A stretch of 64,000 bases of DNA from Thermodesulfobacteriota bacterium (GCA_049320885.1 JBMORA010000022.1:1-64000), one strand, 5' to 3'. Shown: positions 1 to 8,780, numbered from the stretch's first letter. The notes: generated by a model from the letters alone, not told the origin. Made by a program: numbers and translations.

Positions 1-121
1 TATAAAAGTAGAGCAATTTTGTAATAGCTATATTAAAATAGATAATTACAACTCATTGCCGCATCATATTGATATAGATAGTATAGTAAATCTAAGTAAT
101 ATACTAAAAAAAGGAAAATGA
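1..121 (+). CDS. 3' end of an AT-rich gene running in from outside the window (partial)
   Basis: Frame 2 is open from base 2 to TGA 119-121 (IKVEQFCNSY...NILKKGK*), ending 3 nt before the ATG at 125; not in the ORF track. Confidence 0.6.
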   Translation, partial: IKVEQFCNSYIKIDNYNSLPHHIDIDSIVNLSNILKKGK

Positions 122-124
122 AAC

Positions 125-3121
125 ATGTCGGTACTTCAGGCAAATTTCAAGGTGTTGGCAAATCAGATTTTTCATTTTGAGCCTTCTACAGAGAAGATTG
201 GTCCACTAGCTTATATAAAAAGTGAATGTTTTCATAAACACCGTATATCATTGCCTGAATTTAAAAATAGCTCGTACCCAAGATATGCTGAAGTGACTCT
301 AAAGGATTATCTTAGAAATGAGAAACAATTGGGACCATACGAGAGGCAGTTATTAAATGGAATATTATTAGATCCGGCCAAATTGATTTTAATAGCTGGA
401 GCTATAGGGAGTGGAAAAACATCTACGATTAAATATATAATTCATCATTATAGTATATTTAGAAAAAGAGTTGGTGTTTTGGATTTTAATAATCTGCAGT
501 TAGAACCTAAAAACCTTTTAGATAAATTATCGTACGAGGTAAGAATACTTAATCCGAGCTATATCTATTTAAACAATAATATTTTGGCTACAGATCTCGG
601 TGCGTTAGAAAGGCAAGGTATAGATAGGAAAGAAATGCGAATAAAATTGCAAGAGAATTTTTCCGATTCTATATATGAAAGTATAGTGGAGATGTTTCAA
701 CAAACCATAGATTATAAAAATACATTAAAAAATAAATCAAGAGCTACTTTGCTATTTAAATTTGCAAAGACGCCAAATGAACTTGTGTTTGATATTATAG
801 ATCTAATGCTACAGTTAGTATCGGGTAGTATACCGCTTGGTAACTGTATCAAAACTATTCCTTTTAGAAGCATACTCTCAAAAGTAAATGATGAAATATT
901 GCTAAATGGAGGGCTTAGAAAAGAAAATTTCAATTCTGATTTAGCACGAATTAAAAACGTAATTAATTCCAAATTGAGCCCGAGGGATAAAATCAAATTC
1001 TGGTTTTCCTTAATTGATATAATAGGGCAACTGCTCGATAATAAAAAGAATTACTTGTTTTGTATCGTTGATAATATCGATCCACTATCGGCATATCTAC
1101 AGCACGAACTTCATGATATTTTATTGAATATCGTTGAAAGGGCAACTTTTAAAATTGTTGTACCTGCGCGTTTTTCTACGTTTAAAATCTTAAATAAGGC
1201 TAGAGGGTATAACTGGTATCCTCATCATGGGCCTTCCCCAATCGAAGTAATTACTATTAGATTAGCGTATTTTATATCAACGCCAGAAGATTTTAGTGCA
1301 TACAAGACAATAGAGCAAAAAAATATTAAATCAATTTCTTTAATAAGAGCTTTTGATATATTGTTACGTATGCATCGTGGTTCGGGCGCTTTTAGATCTT
1401 TAAGCAGGATGATGGAAGCAATAGCAGGTGATAGCATTCGAAAAGCATATGATGCTATAAGAGAATTGTTTTTAGATGAGACATTAAAGTATTCATATTC
1501 AGAAATTGAATACTTAACCGATGAAGTTAATAAAATATTATCGAAATATTTATATCGATCTCTTATTGAAAAAATCGGTTATGTAATTGAAAAAGAGATG
1601 GTTGAAATTTCTCGTGAAGCCTATATCCCTGGAGTAGAAAGTCGAATAATAGATGAAAAAGCAAAAGAAAATTCTTGCAGATTAATGATGGTAATAACTT
1701 CTATTATTGATAATACATTTTCATCTGTAAAAAATATTACTATTAAAATATCAACAGAGGCTTTTAAAAAAATATTGAATATTGAGGAATCAGGTTATCA
1801 GGCAAAAACACGTATCCGGGCAGGTTGTTATACAGCATCAAAAATAGCTAAATCTCGTGGCTTATCGACAGAAATACTTAAAAAATTTACTGAAATTATG
1901 CGAAGTACGATTGAAATAGAGATGAAATCTGTTTTAAAGATGCAATATTCTAATTATTTTGGGATAAATGAAATAGAAGAATTTTCTGGCTTTATTTCAG
2001 CATCTTTAATAATTGAGGAAGAAAACATTGATAAAATATTTGAAGATCATGATTTCGATCCTGATAACATAGCCTTTAAGTGGTTTGATGAGTGGGATGA
2101 ATCAAAAATATGCAGAAAAATATTATCTGTAAATTCACCGTTAAACGCTGTTCGAGCTTTAATTAAGACAAGTGCCCATGATATTTTCCACAATTCTCTT
2201 GATGGTGAATTATGTTTATCAAAATTACGAATATTATATACCCTTGTTTATGATAGGGATCACAGCAAAACTGTACGGTTTTTTTTAGATGACCTTGAAA
2301 AATATTTTATACCCGAAGATAAAATATTACACGCAATTAATGATTTGATTAACTCCGAAACTAGAATTATATGGATAAACAAACAATTTGCGTATAAAGA
2401 TATCCAGGAACTGTATGAAGATGGAAACCTAAATGTTACATTAACTAGAAGGGGCTGGGGTTACTATAGTCAAGTATTAAAAGAACTAACATATTTGCAG
2501 GTTGTATTTATAGAAAGGAAAAGAACATCATCACAGCACTTCTCTTTTAGTGAAAGAGTTAATCTATGTCTTCTTGGTATTAGTGATCTTTATGAATTAG
2601 AAATAGAGAAAATTGAAAATAGAATAAAATTTTTAAATAAAAAAGGATATCAAAAAGAAAGAATAAAATCAGAAAGTCTTCCAATTGGGCTTATATCATT
2701 AGATATCGCAACAAGACTTGGGATAAATGTCGGTAAAACATTATTCCGCCACTTTCAAAATGTAATAAATAATCCAAGGCATAGCGATGCTGCAAGTCAA
2801 ATCGAAGAGCTTGAGGGTACCAGAAAAGCACTTTACAAATGGCTTATTTTTATTGAAACCGCTAAAGGAAAATTAAGCTCACTATATAGCGATCAATCTG
2901 GATTAAATCTTGATGAAGCTAATTATGCGTCTTTCTTATGGAAAGCAAGATATTTTGATCTTGTTGAAGAAAGGAATGTTGACTGGAATATAGAATATAT
3001 ACAAAGAGATAAGGTAATATCAGAAATAAAAAATATACTTAATGACCAAAAATTTTGGCACCCAGATTTATCAAAAGATGAATTCTCGCCAGAGGGTTCG
3101 GCGGTTGACCCCGTCATATGA
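125..3121 (+). CDS. Large P-loop NTPase (KAP/STAND/ORC-CDC6-like architecture), possible defence protein
   Basis: 998-aa ORF; Walker A GAIGSGKT, Walker B LFCIVDNID about 215 aa later, VVPARFSTF and AGDSIR motifs; strongly AT-rich. Confidence 0.75.
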   Translation: MSVLQANFKVLANQIFHFEPSTEKIGPLAYIKSECFHKHRISLPEFKNSSYPRYAEVTLKDYLRNEKQLGPYERQLLNGILLDPAKLILIAGAIGSGKTSTIKYIIHHYSIFRKRVGVLDFNNLQLEPKNLLDKLSYEVRILNPSYIYLNNNILATDLGALERQGIDRKEMRIKLQENFSDSIYESIVEMFQQTIDYKNTLKNKSRATLLFKFAKTPNELVFDIIDLMLQLVSGSIPLGNCIKTIPFRSILSKVNDEILLNGGLRKENFNSDLARIKNVINSKLSPRDKIKFWFSLIDIIGQLLDNKKNYLFCIVDNIDPLSAYLQHELHDILLNIVERATFKIVVPARFSTFKILNKARGYNWYPHHGPSPIEVITIRLAYFISTPEDFSAYKTIEQKNIKSISLIRAFDILLRMHRGSGAFRSLSRMMEAIAGDSIRKAYDAIRELFLDETLKYSYSEIEYLTDEVNKILSKYLYRSLIEKIGYVIEKEMVEISREAYIPGVESRIIDEKAKENSCRLMMVITSIIDNTFSSVKNITIKISTEAFKKILNIEESGYQAKTRIRAGCYTASKIAKSRGLSTEILKKFTEIMRSTIEIEMKSVLKMQYSNYFGINEIEEFSGFISASLIIEEENIDKIFEDHDFDPDNIAFKWFDEWDESKICRKILSVNSPLNAVRALIKTSAHDIFHNSLDGELCLSKLRILYTLVYDRDHSKTVRFFLDDLEKYFIPEDKILHAINDLINSETRIIWINKQFAYKDIQELYEDGNLNVTLTRRGWGYYSQVLKELTYLQVVFIERKRTSSQHFSFSERVNLCLLGISDLYELEIEKIENRIKFLNKKGYQKERIKSESLPIGLISLDIATRLGINVGKTLFRHFQNVINNPRHSDAASQIEELEGTRKALYKWLIFIETAKGKLSSLYSDQSGLNLDEANYASFLWKARYFDLVEERNVDWNIEYIQRDKVISEIKNILNDQKFWHPDLSKDEFSPEGSAVDPVI

Positions 3122-3448
3122 ACAACCTGAATACTCGGTTAAGCTATAAGTCGGTTTATCATTCGGGGGAACCATTCCCTCTTCGTTCTATCGTCGAAGC
3201 CGGGGCCGTGGGCAGGGGGTAAGCGTCAATTTAACCCCATCTATACTTCGGACCGCGAATTTGTCATGATCGATCCAAAAAATAAAAACAGAAAAACAGG
3301 GGACAGGCACAATATGCATAAAAAACTTGACGATCCACGTGCGTTGCGATATTCATGAAACGGAATGTTGATAGCTGGATTCCAAATGCTGAAGAAAAAC
3401 GCAAAAAAACAAGTTGATACCATAAGCCAATCAACAGGGAGGCAACTC

Positions 3449-4390
3449 ATGCCCAGAAGCGCACGCATTGTGATTCCGGATGAACCGGCGGTGTATCATG
3501 TGATGTCCCGGACGGCTCTTGCGGGATATCCGCTTGCGGATGTGGAAAAGGATTTCCTGATGGATCTGATCCGGCGCCTGGGCCGGGCGTATTTTGCCGA
3601 AGTGTTCGGCTTTTGCATCATGGGCAACCATTTCCATATGTTGGTGCGCATGTTTCCGGAGAAAACCGTTTCCGACGAGGAGGTCCGGAAACGCTATGAG
3701 CTTCTGTACGGCAAAGACAAGATCTGCCTGGACGGCCAGATTCCGTTCTTGAAACAGAAATGGACCAGCCTTTCGGAATTCTGCAAGGAACTCAAGCAGA
3801 CCTTTTCCCGCTTTTACAACAAACGCCACCAGCGACGGGGATTCTTCTGGGGCGAACGCTTCAAAAGCCTGATCGTGGAAAAAGGCGAAACCCTGATCAA
3901 CTGCCTGGCCTATATCGACCTCAATCCGGTGCGCGCCGGTCTGGTGGAAAGACCCGAACAATACCGCTGGAACTCCATCGGTTACCACGCCCAGCAGAAA
4001 AACAAGGGCGGTTTTCTTTCCCTGGATTTCGGCTTGAAAGAATTCGGCGTGCTGGACGCCGGGGAGCGCCTGCGGCTGTATCGCAAATTCATGTACGAAG
4101 CAGGAGCCATAAAGAAGGGTGAAGGTAGAAGGGTTAAGGGTGAAAGAAGGCAAGGGATTGGGGAGAAAACGGTGGAGAAGGAACGGAAGAAAGGCTTTCG
4201 GATCACCCGCGTGGACCGGTTCCGGTACCGCACCCGGTATTTTTCGGATTCCGGCATCATCGGCTCCAAGGAATTCGTGCGCCGGCAGTATGCGCTGATC
4301 AAGGAATTGTTCCAGTATGAAAGAGAAAAGCAGCCGAAACCCATATCGGGATTGAAGGGATTATATTCCTTGAAACGGCTGACGGAATGA
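3449..4390 (+). mobile_element. REP-associated tyrosine transposase (RAYT; IS200/Y1 HUH family), intact
   Basis: MPRxAR N-terminus, YHVMSR, HUH motif MGNHFHML, FWGERFKS, catalytic YIDLNPVRAGLV, YRWNS; RBS GGGAGG before ATG 3449. Confidence 0.9.
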
Positions 4391-4516
4391 TGAAATTCAT
4401 TCCGGCGCGGCAGCCTGCTCCCCGGAATCCTTTACAATAAATGGATACTTTACAATCCATATCCATGTTGATACACTTTTCGCTATTGACCATATTTCAC
4501 AATTCTGGAGTTTTTC

Positions 4517-4765
4517 ATGAAAGATAAAAAGCTGCTTGAGCGCATTGTGATGGACCCTAAAATCATGGTTGGGAAGCCTGTCATACGTGGAACAAGGTTG
4601 GCAGTGGATTTTATTCTAAATCTTTTGGCTCACGGGATGACTGAGGCTGATATATTATCTGAATATAAAGGGATTAAGCCAGAAGATATTCAGGCTTGTT
4701 TGCTTTTTGCAACGATGTCTCTTAAAAATACCGAGTTCATGCCGCTAATGGCGGAGCCGGGATGA
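4517..4765 (+). CDS. DUF433 family antitoxin
   Basis: RIVMDPKIMVGKPVIRGTRLAV...G.T..DIL.EY..I..EDIQACL signature; RBS GGAG. Confidence 0.85.
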   Translation: MKDKKLLERIVMDPKIMVGKPVIRGTRLAVDFILNLLAHGMTEADILSEYKGIKPEDIQACLLFATMSLKNTEFMPLMAEPG

Positions 4766-4869
4766 TGATCCTTCATGTTCTTTCCTGCCTGCTTGAGAGA
4801 TATTCGGAAAAGCTTCCAAACGCCTTTGTCGTGGCCACAGAAAAACAAGTCCGTTTTGCTCGAAAATAA
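4762..4869 (+). pseudogene. Internally deleted DUF5615-like (PIN-like) toxin
   Basis: ATG overlaps the DUF433 stop (ATGA); the 35-aa frame ends LLERYSEKLPNAFVVATEKQVRFARK*, resembling the C-terminus of DUF433 partner toxins; the N-terminal catalytic part is absent. Confidence 0.6.
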
Positions 4870-4899
4870 GGAACGAAAATCCTTGGATCAAACTACGCA

Positions 4900-5076
4900 G
4901 ACCGTTTCCGGTGTCGCACCCGGTATTTTTCGGATTCCGGCATCATCGGCTCCAAGGAATTCGTGCGCCGGCAGTTTGCTCTGATCAAGGAATTGTTCCA
5001 GTATGAAAGAGAAAAGCAGCCGAAACCCATATCGGGATTGAAGGGATTATATTCCTTGAAACGGCTTACGGAATGA
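4900..5076 (+). pseudogene. RAYT 3'-end fragment (copy 2)
   Basis: Near-identical to 4214-4390, ending at the same GGAATGA stop. Confidence 0.9.
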
Positions 5077-5099
5077 ACCGACCCGCCGGGTAACAAACT

Positions 5100-5489
5100 T
5101 CAACTCAGGATATCCACAAAACGGGACGCCTTGATTTCCGGATCGTTTATGATCAAGGGTAAGCCAAGATATCTTGCTGTTGCTGCAATGAGACGATCAT
5201 GGAGTTCGGGGATATCATCGATATCGCAGGCGGTTTTTAAGATCTCCAGACTCAACGGTTCAAACTGGTAGTTCCTGCTTTCCAGAAGGGTTTCGATGTG
5301 GAGCAATCCGATATCGATTCTGCTTTTCTCAAAAAGATAAATCACTTCCATCAATACGATCGCAGGAATGATGATAGTCGTTTCTCCCCGATCTGCGGAT
5401 AGATATGCTTGATGGGCTCTATTGTTGATTACTTTTTTGCCCATCATAAACTTTACCAGCGCTTGAGTGTCGGTGACAAAACTATCCAT
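5100..5489 (-). CDS. PIN-domain (VapC-like) toxin
   Basis: FVTDTQAL, IVLMEV, ELHDRLIAATA, PLIIND motifs. Confidence 0.85.
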   Translation of the reverse strand: MDSFVTDTQALVKFMMGKKVINNRAHQAYLSADRGETTIIIPAIVLMEVIYLFEKSRIDIGLLHIETLLESRNYQFEPLSLEILKTACDIDDIPELHDRLIAATARYLGLPLIINDPEIKASRFVDILS

Positions 5490-5730
5490 TGCCGAATTCC
5501 TGATCGACGTGTTCCCAAGTGTATCGCTTAAATTGCTTCAGGTCGGAAAAATCAATAGGCTGGTTCCTCAAAATGCCTTCAAGCTTAATTACTTTTTTTT
5601 CTGCCATATTCTTTTGATGCCGCATAACATCGATAAAATTTGCGATGGTATCTAATTCCTTCCCGGAAAAACCAACCAGTTTGTGATAGATTTCATGTTT
5701 TTTGATGGCTTCCTTGTTCATTTTTCGCAT
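5482..5730 (-). CDS. Putative antitoxin (DUF2281-like) of the PIN toxin
   Basis: Small ORF upstream of and overlapping the PIN gene; KLEGIL motif. Confidence 0.65.
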   Translation of the reverse strand: MRKMNKEAIKKHEIYHKLVGFSGKELDTIANFIDVMRHQKNMAEKKVIKLEGILRNQPIDFSDLKQFKRYTWEHVDQEFGNG

Positions 5731-5875
5731 CCTTTGTGTCTATTCTTCAAAAAGGGCGACTAAACCGTTGATCCGTTTTATCAAAAAAATGATCAGCGCC
5801 CTGTTTTTATAATTCTGTTAATCAAATTTATTATTCAATATAATAAAACCTTTCGGTTACGAGCTCAAGCAAAAA

Positions 5876-6513
5876 GAACAGAAATGGACCACCTGTCGGA
5901 ATTCTGCAAGGAACTCAAACAGACTTTTTCCCGGTTTTACAACAAACGCCACCAGCGCCGGGGATTCTTCTGGGGCGAGCGTTTCAAGAGCCTGATCGCG
6001 GAAAAAGGCGAGACCCTGATCAACTGTCTGGCCTATATCGACCTCAACCCGGTGCGCGCCGGTCTGGTGGAAAGACCCGAGCAATACCGCTGGAACTCCA
6101 TCGGTTATCACGCCCAGCAGAAAAACAAGGGCGCTTTTCTTTCCCTGGATTTCGGCCTGAAAGAATTCGGCGTGCTGGACGCCGGGGAGCGCCTGCGGCT
6201 GTACCGCAAATTCATGTACGAAGCTGGAGCCATAAAGAAGGGTGAAGATAGAAGGGTGAAGGGTGGAAAAAAGAAAGGAATCGGTGAGAACACGGTGGAG
6301 AAGGAGCGGAAGAAAGGCTTTCGGATCACCCGCGTGGACCGGTTCCGGTATCGCACCCGGTATTTTTCGGATTCCGGCATCATCGGTTCCAAGGAATTCG
6401 TGCGCCGGCAGTATGCGCTGATCAAGGAATTGTTCCAGTATGAAAGAGAAAAGCAGCCGAAACCCATATCGGGATTGAAGGGATTATATTCCTTGAAACG
6501 GCTGACGGAATGA
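5876..6513 (+). pseudogene. RAYT 3' two-thirds (copy 3), 5'-truncated
   Basis: Highly similar to about 3752-4390; lacks the HUH motif; a 1-nt deletion (GGACCAGCC to GGACCACC) puts ATG 5884 in frame. Confidence 0.9.
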
Positions 6514-6537
6514 ACCGACCCGCCGGGTAACAAACCT

Positions 6538-6637
6538 CAAGTCAAAATATCCACAAAACGGGATGCCTTCATTTCCGGATCGTTTGTGATCAAGGGTAGG
6601 TATAGGTATCTTGCTGTTGCCGCGATGAGACTATCAT
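6538..6637 (-). pseudogene. 3' remnant of a second PIN toxin paralogous to 5100-5489
   Basis: Translates DSLIAATARYLYLPLITNDPEMKASRFVDILT* versus DRLIAATARYLGLPLIINDPEIKASRFVDILS*. Confidence 0.85.
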
Positions 6638-6654
6638 TGAGGGGATACTCCAGC

Positions 6655-6969
6655 TCATGCGGCATTCACCGGTTGGATTTGCGCCAATTCTTTACTGTAA
6701 CGCTGTTCCAAATCCCACAGGTCCCAGGTATGTTGGGCATTCAGCCAGAATTGCGGTGAATTGCCAAATAAGCGAGACAATCTCAACGCCATCGCCGGGC
6801 TGACGGAGCGTCTTTCCCGTAAAATTTCATTAATTGTCTGGCGTGATACACCTAATGCGTTTGCCATGGAAGTCGTGTTCAGGTTATAGTCCGGCATGAA
6901 ATCTTCTCGCAGCATTTCACCGGGATGAGTCGGCCTGATTTCACGTTTTGCCGTATTGGGTATAGCCAT
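6655..6969 (-). CDS. higA: HigA family addiction-module antidote
   Basis: PTHPGEMLREDF...ALGVSRQTINEIL...SPAMALRLSRLFGNSPQFWLNAQ; start moved to ATG 6969. Confidence 0.9.
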   Translation of the reverse strand: MAIPNTAKREIRPTHPGEMLREDFMPDYNLNTTSMANALGVSRQTINEILRERRSVSPAMALRLSRLFGNSPQFWLNAQHTWDLWDLEQRYSKELAQIQPVNAA

Positions 6970-6979
6970 GGGTTTGTCC

Positions 6980-7056
6980 TCAATGATAATCGGTAATCTC
7001 AACATCGTAGGCATCGCCGTCGATGAAACGGAAACAGAAGCAAACGATTTTATCAT
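6980..7056 (-). pseudogene. higB: HigB toxin with a large internal frameshifting deletion
   Basis: MIKSFA start joined out of frame to CFRFIDGDAYDVEITDYH*, the typical HigB C-terminus, directly upstream of higA. Confidence 0.85.
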
Positions 7057-7062
7057 GAAGGC

Positions 7063-7091
7063 GCTGTAAACAATCACGTGACAGTTGTCAA
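7063..7091 (-). promoter_or_regulatory. sigma70 promoter of higBA (leaderless) with a palindromic operator
   Basis: TTGACA-17-TACAGC, 6 nt before the higB ATG; TCACGTGA palindrome in the spacer. Confidence 0.6.
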
Positions 7092-7097
7092 GTTGGT

Positions 7098-7225
7098 AAA
7101 AAACAGGACAGGCTGAATATGCACAAAATTTTTGATGATTCATATGCCGGATGAACCGGCGGTGTATCATGTGATGTCCCGGACGGTCGGATACCTTTTC
7201 TGAAACATAAATGAACCAGCCTCTC
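7098..7225 (+). pseudogene. Degenerate RAYT 5' remnant (copy 4) including its upstream end motif
   Basis: 7098-7142 resembles 3292-3337; 7147-7186 matches 3476-3515; 7181-7225 resembles 3730-3774. Confidence 0.8.
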
Positions 7226-7436
7226 CAGCGAGCAACATCATGCCCTCCCACAATCACGTTTCTTCAATTGTCTAAATGGATTGAGGGTGGATATCAATCA
7301 TAGCGCCCAAGCTGTCCCCATCCTATGAGGCATGGGAGGGATTGTTTCAAAATTACCTTGATATTATTACATCCATATCTTAAAATAAGTTATATAATAT
7401 TACAATATAGACGATTAATAGCTTCGGAGATATGAC

Positions 7437-8780
7437 ATGTTCTGGAGGAACATGAATGCATTCTTGTCTGAATGGAAAACCCGGAAGAACCGTAAGCCGT
7501 TGGTAATCAGGGGCGCCCGTCAGGTCGGGAAAACCTCCAGCGTTCATCGGTTCGGCAGAACGTCCTTTGAAACGTATATTTACATCAACCTTGAGTTAGA
7601 AGACCATGCCGGGCTCTTCAGCAAAATGCAACCTGTCACAGACCTGCTCCAAATCATTCAGTTGAAGTTCAATACCAAGGTCTCGCCCGGCACCACGCTC
7701 CTTTTCATTGACGAGGTGCAGAACTCAGCGATCGCCATGAACCAGCTTCGCTATTTCCACGAGGAAATACCGGAGCTTCACGTGGTTGCAGCTGGTTCCC
7801 TGCTTGAAGTCAAATTGAAGTCAGAGGGATTTGCTTTCCCGGTCGGCCGTGTAGAGTACTACTACCTTCACCCGGTAACGTTCGATGAGTTTCTTTCCGC
7901 CCAGGGAGAGGCAGAGGCATTGAGCTACCTGTCTTCGGTCAAGGCCGATACGCTCATCCCTGGGGAAATTCACGATATGATGCTGAAAAAGTTTCATACC
8001 TATCTCCTTGTGGGGGGCATGCCGGAAGCGGTCGCACGGTATGCGGAAACCAAGTCGTTCATCGATGTCGATCCGATATACGAATCAATCCTCACCGGTT
8101 TGCGGGACGATGTCTCCAAGTATGCAAGTGCGGCAAAGACAAAATACATCCAACATATCATCGAACATGCCTCGAAATATGTCGGTCAACAGATCAAATA
8201 TGAGCGGTTCGGGGGATCCAATTTCCGCAGCAGGGAGATGAGTGCGGCCTTTGATGTGTGCGGGAAGGCCATGCTCATCAGCCGGGTATTTGCGTCAAAG
8301 TCGAAACAGATGCCGCTGGTGGCTAATCTGAAAAAGTCCCCCAAGCTGGTGCATCTCGATGCCGGCCTGGTCAATTACCAGATCGGCATGCGAAGCGAGA
8401 TCGCCAGGATGGATGATATCAATGTCATCTATCATGGCCAGATTGCCGAGCAGATCGTTGGCCAGACCTTGTTGGCAATGAACACCGGCAGGCATGCGAA
8501 CTTGCATTATTGGTACCGGGAACAAAAGAGCGCTACATCAGAGGTGGATTATTTAATACCCATGAATAACCGCCTCATCCCTATAGAGGTCAAGTCCGGC
8601 AAGACCGGGACACTGCGCTCTCTGCTTAATTTCATGGATGAGAGCGGAAGCGAACTTGCCGTCAGGGTATACTCAGGGAATATGCAAACAGAAAAGATTA
8701 CCACGCCCGGCAAGAAAAAATTTATGCTCTTTTCCATGCCATTCTATCTGCTGTTCCGAATTCGGGGGCTTTTGGAATGA
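7437..8780 (+). CDS. AAA_14 ATPase with C-terminal DUF4143 (PD-(D/E)XK-like) domain
   Basis: GARQVGKT, LFIDEVQ, AAGS, GGMPE, PKL..LDAGL, EVDY...PIEVKSG; TTGATA-17-TAAAAT promoter at 7358-7386. Confidence 0.9.
   Translation: MFWRNMNAFLSEWKTRKNRKPLVIRGARQVGKTSSVHRFGRTSFETYIYINLELEDHAGLFSKMQPVTDLLQIIQLKFNTKVSPGTTLLFIDEVQNSAIAMNQLRYFHEEIPELHVVAAGSLLEVKLKSEGFAFPVGRVEYYYLHPVTFDEFLSAQGEAEALSYLSSVKADTLIPGEIHDMMLKKFHTYLLVGGMPEAVARYAETKSFIDVDPIYESILTGLRDDVSKYASAAKTKYIQHIIEHASKYVGQQIKYERFGGSNFRSREMSAAFDVCGKAMLISRVFASKSKQMPLVANLKKSPKLVHLDAGLVNYQIGMRSEIARMDDINVIYHGQIAEQIVGQTLLAMNTGRHANLHYWYREQKSATSEVDYLIPMNNRLIPIEVKSGKTGTLRSLLNFMDESGSELAVRVYSGNMQTEKITTPGKKKFMLFSMPFYLLFRIRGLLE

Noticed and set aside
6655..7257. 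200-aa ORF as a long HigA
   Set aside because: The extension reads through the deleted higB and the antisense RAYT remnant; HigA similarity starts at 6969.
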